The position numbers were made by a program, and so were the translations under genes. A stretch of DNA of 64,000 bases from Akkermansiaceae bacterium (GTDB taxonomy: Bacteria > Verrucomicrobiota > Verrucomicrobiia > Verrucomicrobiales > Akkermansiaceae): assembly GCA_051251915.1 (NCBI GenBank), contig JBPOGF010000005.1, positions 32,001-96,000 on the forward strand, written 5' to 3'. The stretch's first letter is position 1; each line of letters begins with the position of its first letter. This document shows positions 31,850 to 40,986 of this stretch, piece by piece. Below the pieces are notes generated by a model. That model was not told the origin of the DNA, made no database searches, and saw only the letters and a program-made list of their open reading frames with translations.

Positions 31850-32896
31850 TTACCACATGAGGCGTTCTGGGGTCCAGGTGAAGCCTTTTGGTTGGTTGTT
31901 TAGGGGGGTGATGCGGCCTAGGCCGGGGAAGGGGAGGTGGAAGCCGAAGGTGCGGGTTTTTTGGTGGGCGGCTTGGGTGAAGATGCGGTTGCGGGTTTGG
32001 GCGGCGAGTTCTAGGTTGTTGTCCCAGCCTATTTTCCAGGTGGGGTTTTGGAACATGAGGAGGTGGTTGTGGGCTAGGTCTACGGTGTGGAGGAGTTCTT
32101 CATTGGTTTCTTGGCAGCGGATGCGGTAGATGGCGTGGCCGGGGGTGTGGCCGAAGCCGTTTTCGATGGTGATGGTGTTGTTTAGGTGGGTGGAGCCTAC
32201 GGGGGTGAGTTGTGCGTTGGGGGTGAGTATTTCTAGGTGTTTTTTGGCTTGTTTGACCATGCCTGGGATTTGTTTTGGGTTGCGCTTGGTGTTGGAGAAG
32301 TCTGGGCTTGGTGAGCGCCAGTAGTTGTATTCTTCTGGGGTGATGTTGAGGGCGGCGTTGGGGAAGGTGGGTTTACCGTTGGTGGTGAAGCCGGCGATGT
32401 GGTCTGAGTGGCAGTGGCTGAGGAAGGTGTGGGTGATCTGGTCTGGGGTGATGCCTATGCTTGCTAGGCCGGGGGTGAGCCAGCCACGGTTGTTCTTTTC
32501 TGGGCCGCCGAATCCGGCATCGAATAGGGCGAATTCTGTGCCTACTTTGATGAGTAGGATGTTTACGTAGAGGGGGATGTGGTCTAGGGGTTCTGAGTGG
32601 TCTTTGAGGGTTTGTGCCATGTTCTCACGCTGGGATTCTGGGTACATGAGGTTGATGCCTTGGCCGATTTTCATGTATCCGTCGCTGATGGACCAGGCGT
32701 CTATGTTGCCGATTTTGAAGTGGTAGACGTAGGGGTTACGTTGGTTTGTCTTGGGAGTTGTCTTGAGGTTTGGGGGTAAGTTTTTTTCTTTAGCTGGTGG
32801 GGTTTCTTTGGCTAGGAGGGTGGGGGCGGAGATGAGTCCGGTGGTGGCGGCTATGCTGGATAGGCTGAGAAATTGGCGACGAGTGGAGTTTTGCAT
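31850..32896 (-). CDS. MBL-fold metallo-hydrolase, Tat-exported
   Basis: TRRQFL Tat motif; HCHSDH; GHTPGH; FHLPFPGLG. Confidence 0.92.
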   Translation of the reverse strand: MQNSTRRQFLSLSSIAATTGLISAPTLLAKETPPAKEKNLPPNLKTTPKTNQRNPYVYHFKIGNIDAWSISDGYMKIGQGINLMYPESQRENMAQTLKDHSEPLDHIPLYVNILLIKVGTEFALFDAGFGGPEKNNRGWLTPGLASIGITPDQITHTFLSHCHSDHIAGFTTNGKPTFPNAALNITPEEYNYWRSPSPDFSNTKRNPKQIPGMVKQAKKHLEILTPNAQLTPVGSTHLNNTITIENGFGHTPGHAIYRIRCQETNEELLHTVDLAHNHLLMFQNPTWKIGWDNNLELAAQTRNRIFTQAAHQKTRTFGFHLPFPGLGRITPLNNQPKGFTWTPERLMW

Positions 32897-32968
32897 TTTT
32901 GGTTGTTTTCTAGTTTGAAGGTTAAAGACTTGGTGCTCTGGTGGCTAGGGTTGATGCCTGCGGCGCTT

Positions 32969-33062
32969 ACCACGAATAGCACGAATTTTCACGAATGTTG
33001 CTTGGGTTTTGGGCTTGGGTTGATGGATTTTCTGAACCACGGAATGCACTGAAAGCACGGAA
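32969..33062 (+). repeat. Short CACG(G)AA-type tandem repeats
   Basis: cacgaat three times (32971-32996) and cacggaa/cactgaa/cacggaa (33038-33062) at 9-10-nt spacing. Confidence 0.65.
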
Positions 33063-33158
33063 CTTGGTTGATGGGTAGGGAAGCTTGGGTTGATTGTGTT
33101 TACTATGATCGCGAAATATAAAAAATTTAGGAAAGGTTGGCGTTGCTTGGGCTGATGG

Positions 33159-33758
33159 TTAGTCGATGTATTCGGCGACTATTTTCCATTTGCCGGTGGG
33201 TTGGTCTTGGCGCATTTGGAAGAGGATGAAGTCGTTCCCTTTGGGTGGGGCAAGCTTGATGAGTTTGTCTCCTTTGAGGATTTCAAAGTGTAGCTTGCCG
33301 TCTGGTGTTGCTACTGGGTCTGATGGTTTTATGGCGAAGTTTCCAGGTTTGATTTCTAGATTACTGAAGGTGAAGCTGTTGATTATTTGTAGCATGCGTT
33401 CTTTTTTTGGGGGAAGTTTTTTGGCTTGGGCTTTGGCAAGGTTTAGGTCGATCAGTTCCTTTGCTGATAGTTCTATGGCAACGTTGCGTCCGCCGGCTTT
33501 TGCTTTTTCGATGTTATACTCGGGTTTTAGGAACTCGTGTCCTGGCATGAGTTTGACTGTTTTGGCGTAGCTAGTTAGCATGTGTTTTTGATCCGCTGTG
33601 AGCATGGCGGTGACGTGCTGCTTGGCTTCTGGAGGGACTTGGTTGTTGTCGAGTTCTTCTATGGGGGTTTAGGTGTCAGTGTCTATTTTCGCTTGGGTGA
33701 GTGGAGCGAATGTGAGTGATATTAGGGGGATGTAGAGGTAAGTTTTTAGTTTGCGCAT
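33159..33758 (-). pseudogene. Secreted hypothetical protein interrupted by an in-frame TAA
   Basis: ATG 33758 gives MRKLKTYLYIPLISLTFAPLTQAKIDTDT*TPIEELD..., in frame with the 33605-33159 ORF; TAA at 33671-33669. Confidence 0.65.
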
Positions 33759-33853
33759 GGTGTAGTTTAAAAAAGTGGAGGAGTGAAGTCGAGATAGATT
33801 GTGGGGAGGAGGTTTAAAGGCTTTTTTGATGGGTATGGAATTTGGGTTAGGGG

Positions 33854-34855
33854 TTATTTTGTGGTTACTTGGTTGGGGGTGGGGGTGTTGTTTTGGAAGT
33901 GGGTGAGGTTTTGTAGGGTGGTTTCTGCGATGTTTTTTAGGGCTTCTTTGGTGAAGAAGGCTTGGTGGCCGGTGATGAGGACGTTGGGGAAGGTCATGAG
34001 GCGCATGAGGGTGTCGTCTTGGACGATGCCGCTGGAGAAGTCTTGGAAGAAGAAGTCACGTTCGTCTTCGTAGACGTCCATGCCTAGGTAGCCTAGGTGG
34101 CCGGATTTGAGGGCTTGGATGGCGGCTTTGGCATCGACTAGGCCGCCACGGCTGGTGTTGATGAGGATGAGTCCGGGTTTGGATTTGGCGAGGGTGTCAG
34201 CGTTGTAGAGGTGGTGGGTGGAGTCTAGGAGTGGGCAGTGGAGGCTGACGATGTCTGCTTCTGCGAAGATGCGTTCTGGGGAGACGATTTCTATGCCGAG
34301 GGTTGTTTTTAGTTCTAGGCATTCTTGGCTGGGTTGGGGGTCTGAGATGAGGACTTGGCAGCCGAAGCCGTGCATGATTTTGGCGAAGCAGATGCCGATT
34401 TTCCCGGCGCCGAAGATGCCGACGGTTTTGTGGTAGAGGTCGATTCCTAGGAGGCCGTCGATCTCGAAGTTTCCTTCGCGGACGCGGTTGTAGGCGCGGT
34501 GGGTTTTGCGGTTGAGGGTGAGGAGCATGGCTACGGCGTGCTCGGCTACGGCGTGTGGGGAGTAGGCGGGGACGCGGGCAACGAGGATGCCGAGTTCTGC
34601 GGCGGCTTGTAGGTCGATGTTGTTGAATCCGGCGCAGCGGAGGACGATGAATTTTATTCCTAGGTGGTGGAGTTTTTCGAGGCAGGGGCGTGGGAGTTCG
34701 TCGTTTACGAAGACGCAGACGGCTTGGCTGCCGGCGGCTAGGTGGGCGGATTCTTGGCTGAGGTGGTCTTTGTAGTATTGGATGTGGTGGTTGTGGGGGA
34801 TGGCGTTGAAGCTTTTTTTGTCGTAGGGTTTGGCGGAGAAGAATGTGATGTTCAT
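33854..34855 (-). CDS. ldhA: D-lactate dehydrogenase / D-2-hydroxyacid dehydrogenase
   Basis: LRCAGFNNID, RVPAYSPHAVAEHA, GAGKIG, INTSRG, DVYEDE, ITGHQAF; start moved to ATG 34855. Confidence 0.93.
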   Translation of the reverse strand: MNITFFSAKPYDKKSFNAIPHNHHIQYYKDHLSQESAHLAAGSQAVCVFVNDELPRPCLEKLHHLGIKFIVLRCAGFNNIDLQAAAELGILVARVPAYSPHAVAEHAVAMLLTLNRKTHRAYNRVREGNFEIDGLLGIDLYHKTVGIFGAGKIGICFAKIMHGFGCQVLISDPQPSQECLELKTTLGIEIVSPERIFAEADIVSLHCPLLDSTHHLYNADTLAKSKPGLILINTSRGGLVDAKAAIQALKSGHLGYLGMDVYEDERDFFFQDFSSGIVQDDTLMRLMTFPNVLITGHQAFFTKEALKNIAETTLQNLTHFQNNTPTPNQVTTK

Positions 34856-35020
34856 GGTGGTTGTAGTTGGGGTTAGGTGTGAGTGGTGTGTGGGTAGTAT
34901 GCTGGAGGTGTGTGGGATTTGCAATTTGTTAGAGGTGTGTGGGGGAGGATAAAGGCTTGGGTTGTGTGCTTGGGTTTATGCTTGATGAAAGATGGGGGGA
35001 TGGGGTAAGTATATATATTC

Positions 35021-36895
35021 ATGAAATCTATTAATAATATGGGAGTTAGTGGTGTGGTTGTTGGTTGTTGGCTTTTTGGAGCTGGGTTGGTTGTTGGTGG
35101 TGAGGGGGTGGTTGTGTCTGGGGAGTTGAGGGAGTGGCATAAGGTGACTTTGACGGTGGATGGGCCGGAGGCGGGTGAGATGGATGTGAAGCCGAAGTTG
35201 AATCCGTTTGTGGATTTGGTGTTGGATGTGCGGTTTAGGCATGAGTCTGGGGAGCCGGATTATTTGGTGCCGGGGTATTTTGCGGCGGATGGGAATGCGG
35301 GGGAGAGTGGTGCTAGTGAGGGGAGTAAGTGGCGTGCGCATTTGAGTCCGGATAAGGTGGGGAAGTGGGAGTATACGGTGAAGTTTGAGGGTAGTGAGGT
35401 GGATGGTACGAAAGGGAGTTTTGTGGTGGGTGAGAGTGATAAGCCGGCTGGGGGGATTGATTTGCGTGGTAAGGGGAGGTTGGAGTATGTGGGGAAGCGG
35501 TATTTGAGGCATAAGGGGAGTGGGGAGTGGTTTTTGAAGGCTGGGGCGGATTCGCCTGAGACGTTTTTGGCTTATGCGGATTTTGATGGGACGAGGGCGA
35601 ATAATGCTAAGAAGTGTCCGTTGAAGAGTTGGGAGCCTCATGTGAGGGATTGGAAGGCGGGTGATCCGAGTTGGCAGGGTGGTAAGGGGAAGGGGATGAT
35701 AGGGGCGATCAATTATCTGGCGAGTAGGGGGGGGAATGCGTTTTCATTTATTCCTTATAATGCTGGGGGTGATGGGGATAATGTGTGGCCGCATGTGAGT
35801 AGGAAGGATAAGTTGCATTTTGATTGCTCAAAGTTGGATCAGTGGGGGATGGTGTTTGATCATGCGACGTCGAAGGGGATGTATTTGCATTTTAAGTTAC
35901 AGGAGACTGAAAATGATGATAAGAAGGGGCCGGGTGCGGATCAGGCGCTGGATGGGGGTGAGCTGGGGCCTGAGAGGAGGGCTTATTTGCGTGAGATGGT
36001 GGCTAGGTTTGGGCATAATTTGGCGTTGAATTGGAATATAGGTGAGGAGAATACGCAGTCTATTGAGCAGGTTGTGGAGCAGGCGAAGTATCTTAGGGAG
36101 ATAGATCCTTATGGTCATTTGGTGGTGTTGCATACGTATCCGAGTCAGCATGAGAAGTATTATGGGAAGTTGCTGGGGATGAAGGATGTGCTTACTGGGG
36201 TGTCGATTCAGAACTCGGATGTGGCGAAGTGCCATGAGGATGCGCTGAGGTGGGTGGAGAGGTCTGAGGAGGCTGGGCATCCATGGGTGGTGGCGTTTGA
36301 TGAGGGTGGTAGTGCTGGTGTGGGGAGCTCTGCGGATCCGGATTATCCGGGGATGGCGGAGGCGCTGAAGAAGAATAGTAGGAGTAAGAAGTCGGAGAAG
36401 ATTCCGAGTGTGGATGATGTGAGGGCGAGGGTGCTGTGGGGGACGCTGATGGCTGGTGGTGCTGGGGTGGAGTATTATTTTGGGTATAAGCTGCCGGAGA
36501 ATGATCTGAAGGCTGAGGACTGGCGGAGTAGGGATATGACTTGGGGGTATAGTGGTGTGGCGCTGAAATTTTTCCGTGATTCTGGGGTTCCTTTTTGGGA
36601 GATGGTGAATACGGATGGGTTGCTTGGTAAGCTGAAGAAGAATGAGGGGTATTGTATGTCTAAGGCGGATGAGGTTTATTTGGTTTATCTGCGGAAGGCG
36701 GGTAAGCAGGAGCTGGATCTGACTGGGACGAAGAAGAGTTATGGGGTGCAGTGGTTTAATCCGCGTGATGGTGGGGAGCTGCAGGTGGGGAGTGTGAAGG
36801 TGGTGACTGGTGGTGGGAAGGTGGATCTTGGGGGGCCTCCTAGTGGTGGTGATGGGGGGAAGGACTGGGTGGTGCTTCTGAGTGCGAATGAATAA
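35021..36895 (+). CDS. DUF5060-like secreted protein with a glycoside-hydrolase-like core and C-terminal beta-sandwich
   Basis: WHKVTLTVDGP...VPGYFAADG N-terminus; WNIGEEN; WFNPRDGG C-terminus (family recognised from memory). Confidence 0.72.
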   Translation: MKSINNMGVSGVVVGCWLFGAGLVVGGEGVVVSGELREWHKVTLTVDGPEAGEMDVKPKLNPFVDLVLDVRFRHESGEPDYLVPGYFAADGNAGESGASEGSKWRAHLSPDKVGKWEYTVKFEGSEVDGTKGSFVVGESDKPAGGIDLRGKGRLEYVGKRYLRHKGSGEWFLKAGADSPETFLAYADFDGTRANNAKKCPLKSWEPHVRDWKAGDPSWQGGKGKGMIGAINYLASRGGNAFSFIPYNAGGDGDNVWPHVSRKDKLHFDCSKLDQWGMVFDHATSKGMYLHFKLQETENDDKKGPGADQALDGGELGPERRAYLREMVARFGHNLALNWNIGEENTQSIEQVVEQAKYLREIDPYGHLVVLHTYPSQHEKYYGKLLGMKDVLTGVSIQNSDVAKCHEDALRWVERSEEAGHPWVVAFDEGGSAGVGSSADPDYPGMAEALKKNSRSKKSEKIPSVDDVRARVLWGTLMAGGAGVEYYFGYKLPENDLKAEDWRSRDMTWGYSGVALKFFRDSGVPFWEMVNTDGLLGKLKKNEGYCMSKADEVYLVYLRKAGKQELDLTGTKKSYGVQWFNPRDGGELQVGSVKVVTGGGKVDLGGPPSGGDGGKDWVVLLSANE

Positions 36896-36896
36896 T

Positions 36897-36930
36897 TCTA
36901 ACAGTGTGATCTAACAGTGTAATCTAACAG
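36897..36930 (+). repeat. 13-bp tandem direct repeat
   Basis: tctaacagtgtga / tctaacagtgtaa / tctaacag. Confidence 0.8.
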
Positions 36931-36940
36931 AAAAAAAATT

Positions 36941-37570
36941 ATGAAAAAATTAATGACATTAAGATGGGCGTTTATGGCGCTGGGGGCTTCGCATGTGTCT
37001 GCTCTTGGGGCGGATGTGTTTGAGGGGAAGGATGGGCTAGTGGTGATGGAGGCGGAGTCGACTAAGTCTTCTAAGGGGAAGTGGAAAAAACTTACCTCTG
37101 TGAAGGAATTTACGGGTGATTCGCATTTTGAGTTTACTGGGAATAAGCCAGCGAGTGGGCCGGCTAAGAATCCGCTGAAGTATTCATTCACGGTGGATAA
37201 GGATGGGGATTATAAGTTGTTGATTAGGGCGTTTAAGAGGCTGGACGGGGAGCCGAAGGATAGGTGTAATGATTGTTATGTGAAGCTTAAGGGAGATTTT
37301 GAGAGTGGTGGGGATGCGCCGTTGAAGATGTTGAAGGAAGATACGAAGTTGTATGGTGGGCATCATGAGAAGTGGGGGTGGACGAGTAAGCTGGATGAGG
37401 GGCATAAGAAGTTTAATCCGGTTTATAAGTTGAAGGCGGGGGAGACTTATTTGCTTACTGTTTCTGGGAGGTCACAGAGGTTTAATATGGATAGGATTGT
37501 GTTTAGGCATTCTTCAGTGAGTGATAAGAAGGCGATGGATGTGAAGCTGGAGGAGAGTGGGAAGAATTGA
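36941..37570 (+). CDS. Secreted hypothetical protein, possibly a carbohydrate-binding jelly-roll
   Basis: Signal peptide; GLVVMEAES N-terminus and SGRS..FNMDRIV C-terminus. Confidence 0.65.
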   Translation: MKKLMTLRWAFMALGASHVSALGADVFEGKDGLVVMEAESTKSSKGKWKKLTSVKEFTGDSHFEFTGNKPASGPAKNPLKYSFTVDKDGDYKLLIRAFKRLDGEPKDRCNDCYVKLKGDFESGGDAPLKMLKEDTKLYGGHHEKWGWTSKLDEGHKKFNPVYKLKAGETYLLTVSGRSQRFNMDRIVFRHSSVSDKKAMDVKLEESGKN

Positions 37571-37638
37571 GAATTAGGAATTGGGAATTGGGAATTGGGG
37601 CTGGGTGCTTTGATGGCTTGGGTTTTTGGTTTTTGGTG

Positions 37639-38223
37639 TTAGATGAGGCCGAAGGTTAGGAGGATGCCGTTGTTGGTGACGTTCATTTTTTTGAGGAGGC
37701 CTAGGCCTGTTTGGTTGGGGATGGTGTAGACTGGGTAGCGTTCTAGGATGTCATTTCCTATTAGGTTGGCGATGTCTCGGATGCCTGTGGTGAGCTGGGG
37801 GTTGACGCCGTTTAGGGTGAGGTCTTCTAGGGTGGAGTCTTTTAGGAATATGCCGCGGGTGGTGGGGTCGTAGCGGAGGCCGCAGGCTAGCTGGGATGTG
37901 CCGCCAAACTGTCTGCCACCGATGAGGCCGCCTTGGGTGGTGAGGCCTACGCGGATTTTTTCTGCATCAGGGATGGGGCTGATGATGGGGTTGGAGAAGT
38001 TGACGGCGGCTAGGCCTTGGTAGCTTTTTTGGTAGGGGAAGTAGGGGGAGAGTTTGGCCATGATCATTTGGGGTTGGATGAGGATGGTGGGCATGAGTCC
38101 GGAGCCTATGCCGAGGTTTCCTAGTCCTGCTACGTTGGTGCAGTTGTTGAGGAGGGCGGTGGTGCCTAGTGTGGTGAGTCCGAGGAGGAATTTGCGTTTT
38201 GTGAGTTGGGGTGTGTTTTGCAT
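37639..38223 (-). CDS. DUF1439/YceB-like lipoprotein, possibly Tat-exported
   Basis: TKRKFL plus LNNC lipobox-like; FPYQK, LRYD...IFLKD, PVYTI. Confidence 0.6.
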   Translation of the reverse strand: MQNTPQLTKRKFLLGLTTLGTTALLNNCTNVAGLGNLGIGSGLMPTILIQPQMIMAKLSPYFPYQKSYQGLAAVNFSNPIISPIPDAEKIRVGLTTQGGLIGGRQFGGTSQLACGLRYDPTTRGIFLKDSTLEDLTLNGVNPQLTTGIRDIANLIGNDILERYPVYTIPNQTGLGLLKKMNVTNNGILLTFGLI

Positions 38224-38417
38224 GGGGGGAGTTTGAGGTGTGAATTTTGAAGTGTGAAGGGTGAATTTTGCTTGGGTTGATGGTGGGTGGATATTTTTTT
38301 GAGATTAATTGGAATACTTTTGGGTGGTGGTGGCTCTAAGTATTAAGCAATCGATTGTGCCTTAGAGTGATAGGTGTGGTTGTGTTGTGATCTAAATACG
38401 AATTAATAAATAAAAAT

Positions 38418-38867
38418 ATGAATATAATTAAATATGTAATGGTGTTGTTGGCAGTGACGATGAATCTCTATGCGGCTCCTGATAAGATGGAGAGTAAGTT
38501 AGCATTGGGTGGGTATTGTCCTGTGTGTTATATCGCTGCTGATAAGGCAAATATGGGTGATGCGAAGTTCACTTCTGAGTTGAAGGGGATGAGATATCAG
38601 TTTGTGAGTGCAAAGACTAAGGCGATGTTTGATGCTGATCCTACGAAGTTTCTTCCTGAGTATGATGGGTATTGTGCTTATGGTATGAGCTTGGGTAAGA
38701 AGTTTGAATCTGATCCGACCACGTATACTGTGGTGGATGGTAAGATTTATCTGAACAAGAATGCTGAGGTTAAGGAGCTGTTTGCTAAGGGGACTGAGGG
38801 TCTGATTGTGAAGGCTGATAAGGAGTGGGCTTCTATGGAGAAGAAAAAGATGGAAATGAAGAAGTAA
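38418..38867 (+). CDS. YHS-domain secreted protein
   Basis: GGYCPVCY, YQFVS....MFDADPTKFLPEYDGYCAYGM, VDGKIYLN. Confidence 0.85.
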   Translation: MNIIKYVMVLLAVTMNLYAAPDKMESKLALGGYCPVCYIAADKANMGDAKFTSELKGMRYQFVSAKTKAMFDADPTKFLPEYDGYCAYGMSLGKKFESDPTTYTVVDGKIYLNKNAEVKELFAKGTEGLIVKADKEWASMEKKKMEMKK

Positions 38868-38907
38868 TCTGTCTGTTTTTTCAGAGATTATTATAAGTTT
38901 GTTTGGG

Positions 38908-38959
38908 TCATTCGCCTTCATTCTCCTCTAGGGGTGGATGGAGGCGGATGATTTTTTTT
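38908..38959 (+). terminator. Rho-independent terminator
   Basis: tcattcgccttcattc...ggatggaggcggatga stem (with G-U pairs) followed by T8. Confidence 0.8.
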
Positions 38960-39012
38960 GTTGAGGGTGGGGTGGTTTTAAGGGGTGACAGGAGGGGTGA
39001 GTTTCTTAGAGT

Positions 39013-40974
39013 GTGATGATGCTAGATAGAGATGAAGAGACTGCGCGTGAGCTGGCGGCTGAGAGAACTGATGAGGAGCTGGCTGAGGTGTTGAGTTCTT
39101 ATGGGTCGAGGTGGTTTTCTTGGTGGCGGGTTTTGTTGGGTGTTTTGGTGTTGGTTTCGGTGGGGTTGATGATGGGGAGTTGTGTGGAGAAGGGGGAGCG
39201 TCTGAGGGAGTATTTGGGGTATGGGGAGATGATGGATTTGAGTGAAGATAGTATGGAGGTGCTTAGGTTGGCGGCGGAAAAGCGAAAGAGTTTAAAATTG
39301 AAGAGGTGGGAGTCTGATAAAACGAACAAAAGTTATTTTATGGATTATGTGGTCACTTCTTTTGATCTAGATGTGGATTCTATAGAGGATGTTTTAGAGA
39401 ATGCTGAGAGGGTAGATCCTGGGAATAGTTATTATTATTATTTGGCGGCGATTATTCATACGGCCTCTCATGATGGGACTACTTGTGTGAAGAAGATTAA
39501 ATCTGCAAGGCCTGTTACGTTCCCTAAAGAACGTGGACTAGTGGAAGAGTGGGAGGTGCTGAATAGGGAGCAGTATGAGGAGTCTCTGAGCTATATAAAG
39601 AAGGCTGGAGAACGGGAGGGCATTTTGAATAGGACTTTAGATTTTCGATTCTCAAAGTTAGTAAAGTTTAGGGAAATGAAGGAGGAGGGTGAGTTGGACT
39701 GGCTGGGGGAGAGGTTGGCTATGTCTGAGCTCGTAATGGATGATAATTTTTCTATGAAGATGATGGGGACGAGCCGGATATTTTCGACTAAGTTTTATGA
39801 GTTATCGCAGAATGGTTCTGAGGTGGAGGTTCGTTTTTGGATAGATGAATATGTGAAGCTGGTTGAGTCGTTGTTGAGTGAGCGCGGGTTGATTGTTGAT
39901 GTCATAGTGGCTAAGGCATTAATGATGGCTCCTGTAGGAAATATGAGGGCGGCTGCCGAGAGAGCAGGGATGACTGATGTGGTGGAGAATCTCACGAAGT
40001 ATATAGATCAATTGAATGCTGATGAGGAGGCTCGTGAGGTTAGATGGAAGATGCCTAAGAAGGAGAGAGATGAGTTTGCTGATGAGGAGTATTCGCGTGA
40101 TGCCTATCTTATGCATGAGATGGGGGAGCAACTCTTAAGGTATGTGAAGGAGAAAGATCAGGTTGTGCTGACGTCTTCTAAGGCGGGGAGGCTTGGAGAT
40201 CATGCATTTATTGGGAAGTTATTTGTGTTGTTAATCTGCACAGTTTTGGTGCTGATTGTGTTAGGAATGTGGGTGTTCTTTTTTGCTAGGCGAAGGGAAA
40301 TGCGAGTGATGAGTATGCAGGCGCTGGGGGCATTGATGGTGATGGATGGGGTGATGATTTTATTAGTTGGAGTGGTTTTTCCTGTGGTGCTTTATGTTGT
40401 GGTTAATGAATGGATGGCTCTGGGGCTGAGTGTGCGGGACTGGAGTGTGGTGGCTCTTTCGGGTGCGATGGTATTACTTCAATTTGTGGGGATGGTGGTG
40501 ACTGTGCTGACGTTGAGTATGGCGCTGCTACATTGGCGGCTGAGTGTTAGGTTACCGGGTTTGGTGAGTAGAGTGAGGGGGCTCTCGTGGGTGTTGCCGG
40601 GACTTTCATTTAGTGCGATGATATTGGTAGGGATGACGGATGCGAAGAGTGATGTGTTACCTTGGGTGCTTGCAGGTGGGTTTCTTTCGCTGGCGTTTCT
40701 AGGCTGGGTAGTACTCGCTGGAGTGGGTGCGTTTAGGAAAAAAGAGGAGTTGTTGAGAGTTGCAATGTGCAGGGGGGTGCTGACGGTTTATTCTTGTGCG
40801 CTGGTGGTGTTTGTTAGTTTGTATTTCTATTATGCTTCTGAGGAGAGATATTGGGTATCGCAGAGTGAGGATATTACTTTTAAAGAAGAGTTACTGGGAG
40901 TAACTACGATAGAATATAGAGTGGCTCAGCAGATGCGTAGGGAGCTGGAGGAGAGGTTGGAGTTGATACGGTAA
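39013..40974 (+). CDS. Multi-pass membrane protein with a large soluble domain (paralog 1)
   Basis: N-terminal TM, helical domain, ~6 C-terminal TMs; shares motifs with the next gene. Confidence 0.75.
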   Translation: MMMLDRDEETARELAAERTDEELAEVLSSYGSRWFSWWRVLLGVLVLVSVGLMMGSCVEKGERLREYLGYGEMMDLSEDSMEVLRLAAEKRKSLKLKRWESDKTNKSYFMDYVVTSFDLDVDSIEDVLENAERVDPGNSYYYYLAAIIHTASHDGTTCVKKIKSARPVTFPKERGLVEEWEVLNREQYEESLSYIKKAGEREGILNRTLDFRFSKLVKFREMKEEGELDWLGERLAMSELVMDDNFSMKMMGTSRIFSTKFYELSQNGSEVEVRFWIDEYVKLVESLLSERGLIVDVIVAKALMMAPVGNMRAAAERAGMTDVVENLTKYIDQLNADEEAREVRWKMPKKERDEFADEEYSRDAYLMHEMGEQLLRYVKEKDQVVLTSSKAGRLGDHAFIGKLFVLLICTVLVLIVLGMWVFFFARRREMRVMSMQALGALMVMDGVMILLVGVVFPVVLYVVVNEWMALGLSVRDWSVVALSGAMVLLQFVGMVVTVLTLSMALLHWRLSVRLPGLVSRVRGLSWVLPGLSFSAMILVGMTDAKSDVLPWVLAGGFLSLAFLGWVVLAGVGAFRKKEELLRVAMCRGVLTVYSCALVVFVSLYFYYASEERYWVSQSEDITFKEELLGVTTIEYRVAQQMRRELEERLELIR

Positions 40975-40986
40975 GATTGAAAAATT

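Noticed and set aside
32969..33062. Mini CRISPR array
   Set aside because: Units are only 7 nt with 2-3-nt gaps; no spacers or cas genes
34976..35641. Long antisense ORFs rich in P/H/L/T/I (also 3639-4274, 8524-9048, 25387-25965 and many others)
   Set aside because: Shadow frames produced by the strong G/T skew opposite well-supported genes
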